Shown: positions 9,905 to 19,904, numbered from the stretch's first letter. The stretch is 64,000 bases of DNA from Desulfatiglandales bacterium (GCA_963662465.1 OY759599.1:864001-928000), one strand, 5' to 3'. Program-made: numbers and translations. The notes: generated from the sequence alone by a model not told the origin.

Positions 9905-10648
9905 ATGGTTGTGAAGATGATGAACCGCCGTATCAGTGCATATGAAAAGAAAATTGTTGAATTTACGACCCTGCTGGCCGAGAATAGAATCCTGATCCCC
10001 TCTTTTCAACGGGAATTTGTATGGGACCAAAACGGGATCATCAAGCTCTGGGAGAGCATCTATCGATTCTATCCCATCGGCAGTATCCTTTGCTGGGAAA
10101 CGGACATTCGCTTGAACATTCATCGCAAAATCGGCGGATTTATTTTGAATAACAACGGGACGGCCCTTCCGAAACAAACCCGGTGGGTGTATATCCTGGA
10201 TGGGCAGCAGCGGGCCACGGCCCTGCTGATGCCCCTGTTGGGGGGGAAAGGGAATGTCAGGACGGAAAGGGATTTTGATTACGCGCTGTATTTTGACGCA
10301 GTAAACGAAAATTTCTTTTTTGCCCACGACCTCAACCGCCGGAAACGAAAGGTGAATCCGGTATTCCTGATCCCCCTCAGCCATATGATTGACGGCGCCG
10401 ATCAAGTCCTGGAGAGCGTTTTGCGGGAACCGGGGGGCTGTCCCATGATCGAAAATCACATCAAGCAACTGGCCCATGTTTTTTCAAACTACAATTTATC
10501 ATTAATCCACATGAAGGGGTTTGACATCCCGGCGGTTCGGGAGATATTTGAGCGTATCAACCGGGAAGGAAAAGCGTTAAGTTCAATGGACGTCATGATC
10601 GCAAGAACCTTCCGGAATTATGAGTGCCTGGTTGAGGAGGATTTGTGA
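9905..10648 (+). CDS. DUF262 (ParB/Srx-like, GmrSD N-terminal) domain protein, stand-alone
   Basis: IPSFQREFVW, ILDGQQRAT and IFERINREGKALS motifs; no C-terminal HNH domain. Confidence 0.8.
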   Translation: MVVKMMNRRISAYEKKIVEFTTLLAENRILIPSFQREFVWDQNGIIKLWESIYRFYPIGSILCWETDIRLNIHRKIGGFILNNNGTALPKQTRWVYILDGQQRATALLMPLLGGKGNVRTERDFDYALYFDAVNENFFFAHDLNRRKRKVNPVFLIPLSHMIDGADQVLESVLREPGGCPMIENHIKQLAHVFSNYNLSLIHMKGFDIPAVREIFERINREGKALSSMDVMIARTFRNYECLVEEDL

Positions 10649-10679
10649 GGCGCTTGCGTCCATGTCATGAGAGGAGCCC

Positions 10680-11216
10680 GTGAACATGAACAAAGCAGAA
10701 GAAAAAAATGATGAAAGACGCATTGTCCACCTCATGGTCAACCAAAAGTCCTATGACCTTGCGGTAGGCCATACGGTTGGAGGGGTTGCCCCAACGGATA
10801 CGCTGGCCCATACCCTTCGAGAGACTTTAGGGCTTACGGGAACCAAGATCGGCTGTGACCAGGGATCATGCGGATCATGTACGGTACTGATGAATGGAAA
10901 ACCGATTTTATCCTGCATGACTCTGACGGTGGAATGTGATAATGCTGACATTACCACTGTTGAGGGGCTGGAGGATCAAAAAACAGGCAGGCTGCACCCG
11001 CTGCAACAATCCTTTATCGATCATACCGCTTTTCAGTGCGGTTTCTGCACCCCGGGCATTCTCATGAGCGCCAAGGCGTTGCTGGACAGGGAAGCGAATC
11101 CCGGTGAAGATGCCGTAAAACAGGCCCTGGCAGGACATTACTGCCGTTGCATTTCACACTACGAGGTGGTCCGGGCGGTATTGGATGCGGCAAAAAATGA
11201 AAAATATCAAGGCTGA
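10680..11216 (+). CDS. Xanthine dehydrogenase family 2Fe-2S subunit
   Basis: GCDQGSCGSC, QCGFCTPG, CRC. Confidence 0.92.
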   Translation: MNMNKAEEKNDERRIVHLMVNQKSYDLAVGHTVGGVAPTDTLAHTLRETLGLTGTKIGCDQGSCGSCTVLMNGKPILSCMTLTVECDNADITTVEGLEDQKTGRLHPLQQSFIDHTAFQCGFCTPGILMSAKALLDREANPGEDAVKQALAGHYCRCISHYEVVRAVLDAAKNEKYQG

Positions 11217-13470
11217 AAAATACCGATATATTGGAAAAGAAACGCCTCGCAAGGATGCCCGTGACATTGTTACCGGCAGGGCGAATTATATTGACGACAT
11301 CAAGCTTCCGGGAATGCTTTTCGGCAAGGTCCTTCGAAGCCCCCATGCACACGCCAATATCAGGCATATCGATTGCTGTCGCGCCAAATCCCTGCAAGGC
11401 GTGAGGGCGGTGCTGACCCATAAAGACATTCCGGTCTGGGAGTGGGGGATCCCCAAGGCCATCCGAATACTGGATGGCAAGGTCCGTTATGTGGGCGACG
11501 GGGTGGCCATGGTGGCCGCGGATTCCCCGTGCATCGCCGAAGCCGCTTTGGCGTTGATCGAGGTGGACTATGAAGTGTTGCCGGCAGTGTATGATGTGGA
11601 AGAATCCATGCGAGCCGATACCCCGCCCATATACCGGCAATTTCCCCATAACGCGTATCCCGGGGAGCCACCCATATATGAACCCAAGTTGCTGAACGGT
11701 CTTCATATGGGGAATGTGGATCAGGGATTTGCCGAAGCCGATGTCGTGGCTGAAGGAACATGCGGTTACGAAATATTCCCCAATCCGCTGCCCCCGGAAC
11801 CGCCGGGCGTCATTGCGACCTGGGAGACCCCGGACCGGCTGACCATTTACACCCCAAGCCAGTCCATCGCCTTTAACCGCTTTATCGGCATCCCTTTCAT
11901 CGGGATGGCCGACATGAGGGCTATCAGCACCCATTGCGGCGGCAGCTACGGTTCAAAAAATGCTAACTTAACGCCGGTGGGGTATGCGGCGCTTCTCTCT
12001 CGCACGACGGGCCGGCCGGTCAAGATTTATTATACCAAGGAGGAGCATTTTCATTCCTATTCTCTACGGCTGGGTTCCCGGATTCATGCCAGGGTGGGCA
12101 TGAAGCAGGACGGAACCCTTACCGCCATATCGGGAGAATGGCTGGTGAATACGGGATCGGGGTCGGAATCGGGTCCCTTCCAGATTGCCGTGGGCTGCGG
12201 CGAGCTGCAACTGGTATTGCGGTGCGCCAACTGGGATTTGAACCCCAAACTGGTTTGCAGCAACCGATCGCCTTCCGGCATCATTCGGGGTTACGGCGGC
12301 CAGGAACTGGAAAGTTCCATCCTTCCCATCGTATCCCTGGCCATGGAAAAAGCAGGCCTTGATCCCATTGAATTCTTTAAAAAGAATATGGTAAAAACCG
12401 GAGAGGGCTATTTTTGGCGGGAAGGCAACTGGTGGACTTACCGAGGCATCGATTTTAGAAAGGCCATCGAAAAGGGCGCCGAGACCTTCGGATGGAAGGA
12501 AAAATGGCGAGGGTGGCGGAAACCCACTGCCATAAATGGGATCAAACGACGGGGCGTGGGCGTGGGCGTTCACAGCAACGCCGATGTGGGAGAGGACGCA
12601 TCCGAGGCCCTGGTAAAATTGACCCCGGACGGACGGGCAGTGGTGTACTGCTGTGTTTCCGAATCCGGGCCGGGGCAGCGCAGCAGCCTGTGCAAGATGG
12701 CGGCTGAAGTGCTGAAGTTGCCCCTGGAACAGGTCAACATGTCTCCTCCCGATACCCATGTGAATCCCTTTGAATTCGGGCTCATGGGGTCCCGGGGTAC
12801 CTATGCGGTGGGGTCGGCCGTAATCGCGGCGGCGGAGGATGCTCGGCGTCAACTGCTGGAAATGGCGGCGCATCCCTTTGAGGCCACGCCCGAACAACTG
12901 GATACCGAAAGCGGCATGGTATATTCAGTGGGACGCCCCGAGAAGAGAATCCCGTGGCGCCGGGTCACCGGGATAACCCGAACCTTGACGGGCAAGGGAC
13001 GGTTTGATCCGGATTACTCCCTCTGCAATTTTCTGATGACCTTTGTTGAAGTGGAAGTGGATGCGGAAACGGGGCGGGTGAATCTGATTAATGTGGTTAA
13101 TGCCACAGATTGCGGCCGTATTATTTCTCCAATGGCTCTTGAGGGGCAGCTTCACGGCGCTTTGGGGGCGGCTGGATTGGATACCGCCATTTTCGAGGAA
13201 ACGATTCTAGACAAAAAAACCGGGCGTATGTTAAATGGCAATATGGTGGATTACAAATGGCGCACCTTTGTGGACATGCCTGATTTTACCAATGTAATTC
13301 TGGAAACACCGGCGCCCACCCACCGCTTCGGCGCCATCGGCGTGGGTGAAATTGCCACCTCGCCGGGTCCCAGTGCCGTACTCATGGCGGTTAATAATGC
13401 CATCGGAGCCCGAATTATGGAATATCCCTTGACCTCCGATAAAATCCTGAAAGCCTTGGGCAAGATATAA
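11197..13470 (+). CDS. Xanthine dehydrogenase family molybdopterin-binding subunit
   Basis: RSPHAHA, GGSYGSK, RGYG, GSRGT, AIGVGE; start uncertain (11185 or 11197). Confidence 0.92.
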   Translation: MKNIKAEKYRYIGKETPRKDARDIVTGRANYIDDIKLPGMLFGKVLRSPHAHANIRHIDCCRAKSLQGVRAVLTHKDIPVWEWGIPKAIRILDGKVRYVGDGVAMVAADSPCIAEAALALIEVDYEVLPAVYDVEESMRADTPPIYRQFPHNAYPGEPPIYEPKLLNGLHMGNVDQGFAEADVVAEGTCGYEIFPNPLPPEPPGVIATWETPDRLTIYTPSQSIAFNRFIGIPFIGMADMRAISTHCGGSYGSKNANLTPVGYAALLSRTTGRPVKIYYTKEEHFHSYSLRLGSRIHARVGMKQDGTLTAISGEWLVNTGSGSESGPFQIAVGCGELQLVLRCANWDLNPKLVCSNRSPSGIIRGYGGQELESSILPIVSLAMEKAGLDPIEFFKKNMVKTGEGYFWREGNWWTYRGIDFRKAIEKGAETFGWKEKWRGWRKPTAINGIKRRGVGVGVHSNADVGEDASEALVKLTPDGRAVVYCCVSESGPGQRSSLCKMAAEVLKLPLEQVNMSPPDTHVNPFEFGLMGSRGTYAVGSAVIAAAEDARRQLLEMAAHPFEATPEQLDTESGMVYSVGRPEKRIPWRRVTGITRTLTGKGRFDPDYSLCNFLMTFVEVEVDAETGRVNLINVVNATDCGRIISPMALEGQLHGALGAAGLDTAIFEETILDKKTGRMLNGNMVDYKWRTFVDMPDFTNVILETPAPTHRFGAIGVGEIATSPGPSAVLMAVNNAIGARIMEYPLTSDKILKALGKI

Positions 13471-13487
13471 GGGGGGGATAATACACG

Positions 13488-14483
13488 ATGAAACCTTTCC
13501 GGCACACGGATGCCAAAACGCTATCCGAGGCCATGAGATTGTTGATTGAATATGGGGAAAAGGCCCAATTGCTGGCAGGGGGAACCGACCTGCTCGGCCT
13601 GCTCAAAACAAAAGCGCCGGCAGTTTATCCGGAGCTGTTAATCAATATCAAAAGTATCCCCGGTCTGGATTATCTTAATCAGAATGAGGCGGGATTAAGG
13701 ATAGGGGCCTTGACCCAACTTGCCGATATTGTCGATTCTCCGGAAGTCAAAAAAGATTACCCCATTCTCGCTGAGGCCGCCCTGTCGGTTGCCATGCCGC
13801 AAATCCGTTATATGGGCACTATCAGCGGCAATCTGGCTCAGGAGACGCGCTGCTGGTATTATCGCTATCCCCATGAAATCGGTGGTCGCATCATGTGCAA
13901 GCGCAAGGGTGAAGGTCCATGCCTGGCGGTTGCGGGAGATAACCGATACCATGCTATTTTCGGGGGCAAAGGTTGCTTTGCCGTCTGCCCGTCGGACACG
14001 GCCGTTGCCCTGGCGGCCCTTGATGCGAAAATTCGAATTGTCGGGCCGGACCGCGAACGGCTTTTGGATGTCATGGATTTTTATAACCCCATGGGGAATG
14101 CACTGATGCCCGATGAAATCATTACGGAAATTCAGATTCCCCGTCCGCCGGCTGAAAACCGGCAGGTGTTTATCAAGCACCGGGTTCGAGAATCCATTGA
14201 TTTTGCTATTGTAAGCGTGGGTCTGGTCACGGTTTTCAGGAAAGGCATTAATTCTTTTGCCAGGATTGTGCTCGGCGCCGTGGCGCCGGGGCCTTACCGG
14301 GCTTTGAAAGCCGAGGCGTTTCTTTCCGGTAAAGCCCTGAGCCCAGAAACCGTCGAAGCCGCCGCCCGGGTCTCGGTGGCAGGGGCCGTAGCGCTCAGTA
14401 AAAACGCCTATAAAATTGAAATCGTCGGAACCCTGGTCAAAAGAGCGCTTCTCGCCGGTGATAAAAAGGAGAAAAAGGAATGA
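13488..14483 (+). CDS. Xanthine dehydrogenase family FAD subunit with 4Fe-4S insertion (PaoB/HcrB type)
   Basis: AGGTDL, plus a Cys-rich insertion QETRCWYYR...CKRKGEGPC...CFAVCPSD. Confidence 0.88.
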   Translation: MKPFRHTDAKTLSEAMRLLIEYGEKAQLLAGGTDLLGLLKTKAPAVYPELLINIKSIPGLDYLNQNEAGLRIGALTQLADIVDSPEVKKDYPILAEAALSVAMPQIRYMGTISGNLAQETRCWYYRYPHEIGGRIMCKRKGEGPCLAVAGDNRYHAIFGGKGCFAVCPSDTAVALAALDAKIRIVGPDRERLLDVMDFYNPMGNALMPDEIITEIQIPRPPAENRQVFIKHRVRESIDFAIVSVGLVTVFRKGINSFARIVLGAVAPGPYRALKAEAFLSGKALSPETVEAAARVSVAGAVALSKNAYKIEIVGTLVKRALLAGDKKEKKE

Positions 14484-14965
14484 CCGATAGGTTGAAAGGA
14501 AAGAGAGTTCTCATTGTGGATGATGAGATGGATGTGTTGGAAACGCTTTCAGAGCTTCTCTCCATGTGCCAGGTGGTTGAAGCTTCCACTTTTGAGAAGG
14601 CAAAAGAAAAGTTGGAAAGCGAGCATTTTGATATGGTGATTTTAGACATCATGGGCGTTGATGGATATGCATTGCTTAAGATTGCCAACCAGAAAAATGT
14701 GATTGCCGTGATGCTGACCGCCCATGCCCTGAGTGTAAAGGATACGGTTAAATCCTTTAAGGGAGGCGCCGCCTCTTATATCCCAAAAGAAGAGATGATG
14801 AACATCACCGTCTTTTTAAACGATATTCTGGAGGCGCGCGAAAAGGGCAAGAGTGTCATGGGACGATGGTTTGATCGGCTGGCGTCTTACTATGACAAAA
14901 GATTTGGCCCGGACTGGAAAAATGAAGACAAGGAATTCTGGGAAAAATTCAAATATTGGATGTGA
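14480..14965 (+). CDS. Single-domain response regulator with Trp-rich C-terminal tail (copy 1)
   Basis: VLIVDDE, ILDIMG, MLTAHA, YIPK. Confidence 0.85.
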   Translation: MTDRLKGKRVLIVDDEMDVLETLSELLSMCQVVEASTFEKAKEKLESEHFDMVILDIMGVDGYALLKIANQKNVIAVMLTAHALSVKDTVKSFKGGAASYIPKEEMMNITVFLNDILEAREKGKSVMGRWFDRLASYYDKRFGPDWKNEDKEFWEKFKYWM

Positions 14966-14995
14966 AAGCGTCTGAGTGCAAAAAAATACCGTCTG

Positions 14996-16783
14996 ATGGG
15001 GATATCAATGGAAATGAAACGAGACGTGCGTAAGCTGGCGGATGTGGCATTGGGAAAGCATCCCGCGGATCTGGTGATTCAGGACGGGGTGCTGATGGAT
15101 GTGTACACCGGGCGTGTGCTGCCGGGCCGTTCGGTCGCCATGGTGGACGAATGGATCAGTTATGTGGGGCAGGATGCTGCGCACACCATCGGGCCGGATA
15201 CCCGGGTGATCGATGCGGGCGGTCGCACCATGTGCCCGGGTTTCATCGATGCCCACACCCATTTAATCAACTACTTCAATATGCCCGAATTCCTTTCCTA
15301 TGCCATTCCCTCGGGCGTCACCACCCTGGTGACGGAAGTGGAAAGTTATGCAACGGTTCTGGGCGCCAAAGGGGTTAACATTTTTCTGAATCAGATGGAT
15401 TCCTGCCCCATCAAGATATACGCTCTGGTCCCGCCCATGATCTCCTTGAGCCCGGCAGTGGCGCCCCTGATGACGTCAACACAACAGTTGGCCCGGCTTT
15501 TTGAAGACGCCAGGGTGATCGGATTGGGGGAATCCTTTTGGCAGGGCGCGATTTTGACATCCGACAGCCGGGTGCTGGACCTGATCAGTGCGACCCAAAA
15601 TGCTGGAAAGTCCGTTCAGGGCCACGCCGCCGGCGCCTTTGACCGAAAACTGGCCGCTTATGCGGCCACCGGTGTGGAATCCTGCCATGAGGCCATTTCC
15701 ACCGAAGACGTCCTCAACCGTCTTGAGATGGGAGTTTATGCCATGATCCGGGAAGGGGACATCCGCCGCGATCTGGAGATCATCCTTCCCTTGAAAGATA
15801 CCATTGATTTTCGCAGGATAATCCTGGTGACCGACGGCACCAACCCCAGCCTTTTGATGCAACGGGGGTATATGCGGGATGTGGTTCAAAAGGCGGTGGA
15901 CCTGGGCATCGACCCCATGGACGCGGTCCGCATGGCGACCCTCAATCCGGCCGAACACCTGGGACTGGACATGTTCATCGGGGGCATTGCGCCCGGTCGT
16001 CACGGGGACATTCTGTTGCTCTCTGAACCCCGCATCATGAAACCGGAGGTCGTTATTTCTAAGGGACGGGTGGTTGCGGAGAAGGGGCAAATGAGGGTGC
16101 CGATTCCCGCGGCGACCTATCCTGACCGACTCATGAATACGGTCAAGGCCCCGCCCATCTTGCCGGCTGATTTGAGGGTTTCCGAATCCCTTGCGGACGG
16201 GGAAGGGAGGGTCAGGACCCTGGATATTCAACCGGGCGGACTGGTAACCCGAGAGGGGAGGGCGGCCCCGAGGGTGGTGGCTGGACAATTGACGGTCGAC
16301 CCCGAAAATGATCTGCTGAAAGTCGTTTTTATGGAGCGTATCAGCGGTAGCGGAGAAAAATTTATCGGGTTTGTCCGGGGATGGGGGCAGAAACGGGGCG
16401 CTGTTGCCACCACCCTGTGCTGGGACGCCGGCGCCATTGTGGGCATCGGGGCCACCGATGAAGACCTGGCGGGCGCCATCAACCGTGTCATTGAAATGCA
16501 GGGGGGCACAGCCGTTGTTGTTGACGGGACCCTGAGGACGGATATTTCCCTTCGAGCGGGAGGATATGTTTCGGAGTTGAAAATGCCGGAACTTGCGGAG
16601 CGGCTGAGCCGGTTCCAGGGATCGATGGCATCCCTGTGCGTACCCCATGATTTCGCCCATCTGACCCTGAGTGTTTTGACCACGCCTGCCATTCCTTTTA
16701 TTCGGATGACGGAAAAAGGGTATTATCGGTTCAGGGAAGACGATTTTGTGGGGCTTGCACTACGGCATTCTGTCACAAATTAA
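14996..16783 (+). CDS. ade: Adenine deaminase family amidohydrolase
   Basis: PGFIDAHTH, GHA, CHE, IREG, TDG, ATLNPAEH, C-terminal AINRVIEMQGG. Confidence 0.8.
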   Translation: MGISMEMKRDVRKLADVALGKHPADLVIQDGVLMDVYTGRVLPGRSVAMVDEWISYVGQDAAHTIGPDTRVIDAGGRTMCPGFIDAHTHLINYFNMPEFLSYAIPSGVTTLVTEVESYATVLGAKGVNIFLNQMDSCPIKIYALVPPMISLSPAVAPLMTSTQQLARLFEDARVIGLGESFWQGAILTSDSRVLDLISATQNAGKSVQGHAAGAFDRKLAAYAATGVESCHEAISTEDVLNRLEMGVYAMIREGDIRRDLEIILPLKDTIDFRRIILVTDGTNPSLLMQRGYMRDVVQKAVDLGIDPMDAVRMATLNPAEHLGLDMFIGGIAPGRHGDILLLSEPRIMKPEVVISKGRVVAEKGQMRVPIPAATYPDRLMNTVKAPPILPADLRVSESLADGEGRVRTLDIQPGGLVTREGRAAPRVVAGQLTVDPENDLLKVVFMERISGSGEKFIGFVRGWGQKRGAVATTLCWDAGAIVGIGATDEDLAGAINRVIEMQGGTAVVVDGTLRTDISLRAGGYVSELKMPELAERLSRFQGSMASLCVPHDFAHLTLSVLTTPAIPFIRMTEKGYYRFREDDFVGLALRHSVTN

Positions 16784-16796
16784 GATGGCCCCATTC

Positions 16797-17354
16797 TCAC
16801 CCCCATAAGTTAGCCAGTTCTATTTCTATTTCCTGAAAAGGCTCGGCGCGGACTTTATCATTTTCGGTATAAGAATTGATGATGGTCCACTTTTTGTTTT
16901 CCAGTCGCAGTACGTCCAAAGTCTTATGAACAGGATCAACCAGCCAAAAAAACGGCACGCTATATTGTGCATAAATTGGCATTTTTTTAGTCTTATCCAG
17001 CCTTGCCGTACTCGGGGAAAGAATTTCACAAATCCAGTCCGGCGGCACGGCAATATAATTTGTCTCCGGCAGTTCAGGCAGTCGCTCCTTTTTCCATCCG
17101 GCCAGATCGGGCACGAGAATATTTTTCCCCAATTGCAGCTCCACTTCATCTAGTATCAGCCATCCCCCGGGACCGCCTCTCCCGATTTGATAGGGTGACC
17201 CTATTTCAATTCCTAGTACTGACGAAGCCTTGCTGTGTCTTGGCGAAGGTCTGGGCATGGCGTATAGTTCGCCATCTATAATTTCTCCTACCATATTTTC
17301 CGGAACCGTATATAAATCATCGTAGGTGGCTTCCTTTCTTGCAGCTTCACCCAT
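16797..17354 (-). CDS. Uma2-family putative endonuclease
   Basis: EIIDGEL, VPDLAGW, PDWICEILSPST, WLVDP. Confidence 0.88.
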   Translation of the reverse strand: MGEAARKEATYDDLYTVPENMVGEIIDGELYAMPRPSPRHSKASSVLGIEIGSPYQIGRGGPGGWLILDEVELQLGKNILVPDLAGWKKERLPELPETNYIAVPPDWICEILSPSTARLDKTKKMPIYAQYSVPFFWLVDPVHKTLDVLRLENKKWTIINSYTENDKVRAEPFQEIEIELANLWG

Positions 17355-17581
17355 ATTTCCGCCTCCTTGAGTTATAATATGGGACCATCCTGATGGGACT
17401 AATGGGATGCCCCAAATGCGTAGGTTCTATATGATACAATATTTATTTCGCAGTGGGCGATAAGACTTTGCTTTTTTTAGTGCTGACTATGCCGAAAAGT
17501 AAATTAAAAGTATAGGAATTTCGGTTAATGATATCTTGTTCATCACTGAATTCGTCAACAATAATCGTGGAAAGGATACAT

Positions 17582-18235
17582 ATGGCATATAAGGCAGGCA
17601 TTTTCGACTTGGACGGGACGTTGCTCGATACATTGGAGGATCTTGCTGACACCATGAATCGCACTTTGGAAGAGAGGGGCTTCCCGACACACCCCGTTTG
17701 GGCCTATCACCATTTCGTCGGCAACGGCGCCGCGAAAATCGTAGAAAGGACTCTGCCGCCGGAGAAGCGAAATAGAGCGTTAATGGCAGATTGTTTAAAG
17801 GCATTCCTCAAGGAATATGCGCGGAACTGGAACAGGAAGACCAAACCTTATGACGGCGTACCGGAACTGCTGGATGCCCTCACTTCAAAACAGATCCCCA
17901 TGGCCGTCTTTACCAACAAACCTCATGATTTCAGCGAACTCTGCATTCAGGAGTTTTTCTCCAACTGGGAGTTTAAAGCGGTATTTGGCCAGCGGGAGGG
18001 ACATCCCATGAAGCCTGATCCGGCGGTTCCGCTTAAGATAGCAGAACACCTGAATATACCCCCACAGCAGTTTCTCTATCTCGGCGACAGTGACGCCGAC
18101 ATGAAAACGGCGGTTAACGCCCACATGCTTCCGGTCGGGGCCCTCTGGGGGTTTCGTTCGGAAAAAGAATTGCGCGAGTCCGGCGCCGTTGAAATAATCC
18201 GTCGGCCGGCGGAACTGTTGGCGTTGGTGAACTGA
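17582..18235 (+). CDS. HAD-superfamily hydrolase (phosphoglycolate phosphatase-like)
   Basis: FDLDGTLLDT, TNK, KPDP, GDSDAD. Confidence 0.9.
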   Translation: MAYKAGIFDLDGTLLDTLEDLADTMNRTLEERGFPTHPVWAYHHFVGNGAAKIVERTLPPEKRNRALMADCLKAFLKEYARNWNRKTKPYDGVPELLDALTSKQIPMAVFTNKPHDFSELCIQEFFSNWEFKAVFGQREGHPMKPDPAVPLKIAEHLNIPPQQFLYLGDSDADMKTAVNAHMLPVGALWGFRSEKELRESGAVEIIRRPAELLALVN

Positions 18236-18309
18236 GGCCTCAGCAAATGAAATTACGGAAATTGATGCTCAAGCTTCCTGTCTTTGTCCAAGCCCTGTTG
18301 CCGGCAGCG

Positions 18310-18463
18310 ACTTTAGCGTCTGCATTTTCGCTTGCGACGTTCCCGTACCATAAATTTTCAGGATAGATTACCATCACGGGTCCGTTGTCGCACTGTTTCA
18401 TGCAGCCGGTGCTGGTCAAGAGCGCGTCTATTCCCCGATCGAATATTTCACCCTTGATGTAGG
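18310..18463 (-). pseudogene. Fragment of thioredoxin-like 2Fe-2S ferredoxin
   Basis: Manual translation TSTGCMKQCDNGPVMVIYPENLWYGNV; no start codon. Confidence 0.6.
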
Positions 18464-18473
18464 GGTAGGGCGT

Positions 18474-18665
18474 CTAAAAACCGCCTTTTCCGATCTGACT
18501 CACGTTGGTTTTGTTCAAAGCCGTTTCATGACTGATCTTGCTTGCATGTGTCAAAAGCTCGCGTCCGGTCATGCTCAGGAATTGATGCAGACGTTCAATC
18601 CAGTCCTGCATGGTCATCGGGTTATGGTTCAATGCCTGGGATAGGGTAATTTTCTCTTTGCTCAA
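18474..18665 (-). pseudogene. RhuM-like protein C-terminal fragment
   Basis: MTMQDWIERLHQFLSMTGRELLTHASKISHETA resembles the RhuM family C-terminus. Confidence 0.55.
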
Positions 18666-18730
18666 TTGTGACGTCCCTCGCCTTTATTTGTTAACAGGCA
18701 TTCTAACCACAAGCACCATAACTCCTTATT

Positions 18731-19174
18731 CTATAATGGATTCTTTGTATCAATAAACGTGAATTCCTCAAAGTCTTTGGTGTTGACGGTGTACAGCCCA
18801 GCAATACCACAATCTTTCAACGTAGCAACCAGTGCCACATCAAAGATTTTCTTTCGTGTCGTTACAGATTTGAGCAAATTCAGCAAGGTTGCAAGCTGCG
18901 TCGGTTGGGGATAGAGGATCGTCACGCCAGTATCAAGATAATCGTGTAGCACCTGAATGGCATCAGGTAACGGCAGGGGCGCTTCAAGTCGATGCCATGT
19001 GATGACATTCAGAAACTCCATGAGGATTTGTGCCGGAAAACAGATTGAGAGCTGTCCATCAGGATTCCGTGCGTTCATCACCTGCTCGACAAACACCTTG
19101 GCGGACGCATGATATGGGGATTTTATGTTATGAGCATAGACGAGAAGGTTCGTGTCAAGTGCATACATTTTCAC
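18731..19174 (-). CDS. PIN-domain (VapC-like) toxin
   Basis: ALDTNLLVYA...E...IFDVALVAT...TVNTKDF. Confidence 0.85.
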   Translation of the reverse strand: MKMYALDTNLLVYAHNIKSPYHASAKVFVEQVMNARNPDGQLSICFPAQILMEFLNVITWHRLEAPLPLPDAIQVLHDYLDTGVTILYPQPTQLATLLNLLKSVTTRKKIFDVALVATLKDCGIAGLYTVNTKDFEEFTFIDTKNPL

Positions 19175-19404
19175 ATTCCCCTTTCAGCATACATCTCTTC
19201 CCGATCACAGGAAATATCGCGTCCGAGATCAAAGGTTCGAACCCGAAATGGTGCAGAGCGCACCTGACGAGATTCTGTATGAATGATGTCATGTTTCAGC
19301 GATTCAAGAAGCACCTCGATCACCTGTATACGGTCTGCCACCGGGGCATGTTGAAGCTGTTGTACCGTTTCTTGAGCAATCATCTGTTTTTTCCTCATAT
19401 CCAA
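19171..19404 (-). CDS. Putative antitoxin
   Basis: 77 aa gene overlapping the PIN gene start by 4 nt; C-terminal DREEMYAER. Confidence 0.7.
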   Translation of the reverse strand: MDMRKKQMIAQETVQQLQHAPVADRIQVIEVLLESLKHDIIHTESRQVRSAPFRVRTFDLGRDISCDREEMYAERGM

Positions 19405-19441
19405 TATTTGAGTTCAACGTCACATCAACGTTGCCCCCTTC

Positions 19442-19547
19442 TATAGCGATCCTACGTCATTTGTATCATAGCCTTACTCCAACCCTGCCAGGGTTTCAAC
19501 CCCCTGGTAGGGTGAAGAACTGATACAACTCATGTAGGATTGCTATA
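19442..19547. mobile_element. MITE with 27 bp terminal inverted repeats and an internal hairpin
   Basis: TATAGCGATCCTACGTCATTTGTATCA ... TGATACAACTCATGTAGGATTGCTATA; internal palindrome at 19482-19513. Confidence 0.7.
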
Positions 19548-19724
19548 CTTTCTCTCCCACGCACCAGTCTTTTTACGGTTTCCCCTCCTGATACATGGCC
19601 CTTTCTTTATTAACATATGGGGTCGTGAAAGGCAAAAGGTAGCTTAAGGTGAATCAAATTATTTGATTTTTTTGGCATCTTTTAAAAAATCGCAAAAGTA
19701 GTTTACATTTTACCATGAAAATAC

Positions 19725-19759
19725 AGCCGTTAGCAGTTAGCTATTAGCCGTTAGCTTAA
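19725..19759 (+). repeat. Heptamer tandem repeat (AGCCGTT-like x5)
   Basis: AGCCGTT AGCAGTT AGCTATT AGCCGTT AGCTTAA, flanked by inverted ATGAAAATA/TATTTTCAT. Confidence 0.7.
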
Positions 19760-19853
19760 AAGCGGTAGATGTTATTTTCATCCGCAGGGGTGGCAAATCC
19801 CCTTGTCATGAGGGTTTACCATGCAAACACCTTCAGTTTCACTCGGTTCTATC

Positions 19854-19904
19854 TGTGAGAGAGGTTTTCAACCTCGACTATCGCGGCGAAACGCCGCTCC
19901 CACA
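19854..19904. repeat. REP doublet (REPIN-like)
   Basis: GTGAGAGAGGTTTTCAACCTCGA facing GTGGGAGCGGCGTTTCGCCGCGA on the opposite strand. Confidence 0.55.

Noticed and set aside
16797..17354. Uma2 gene as part of a defence island
   Set aside because: It is a solitary member of a commonly dispersed family with no partner genes.
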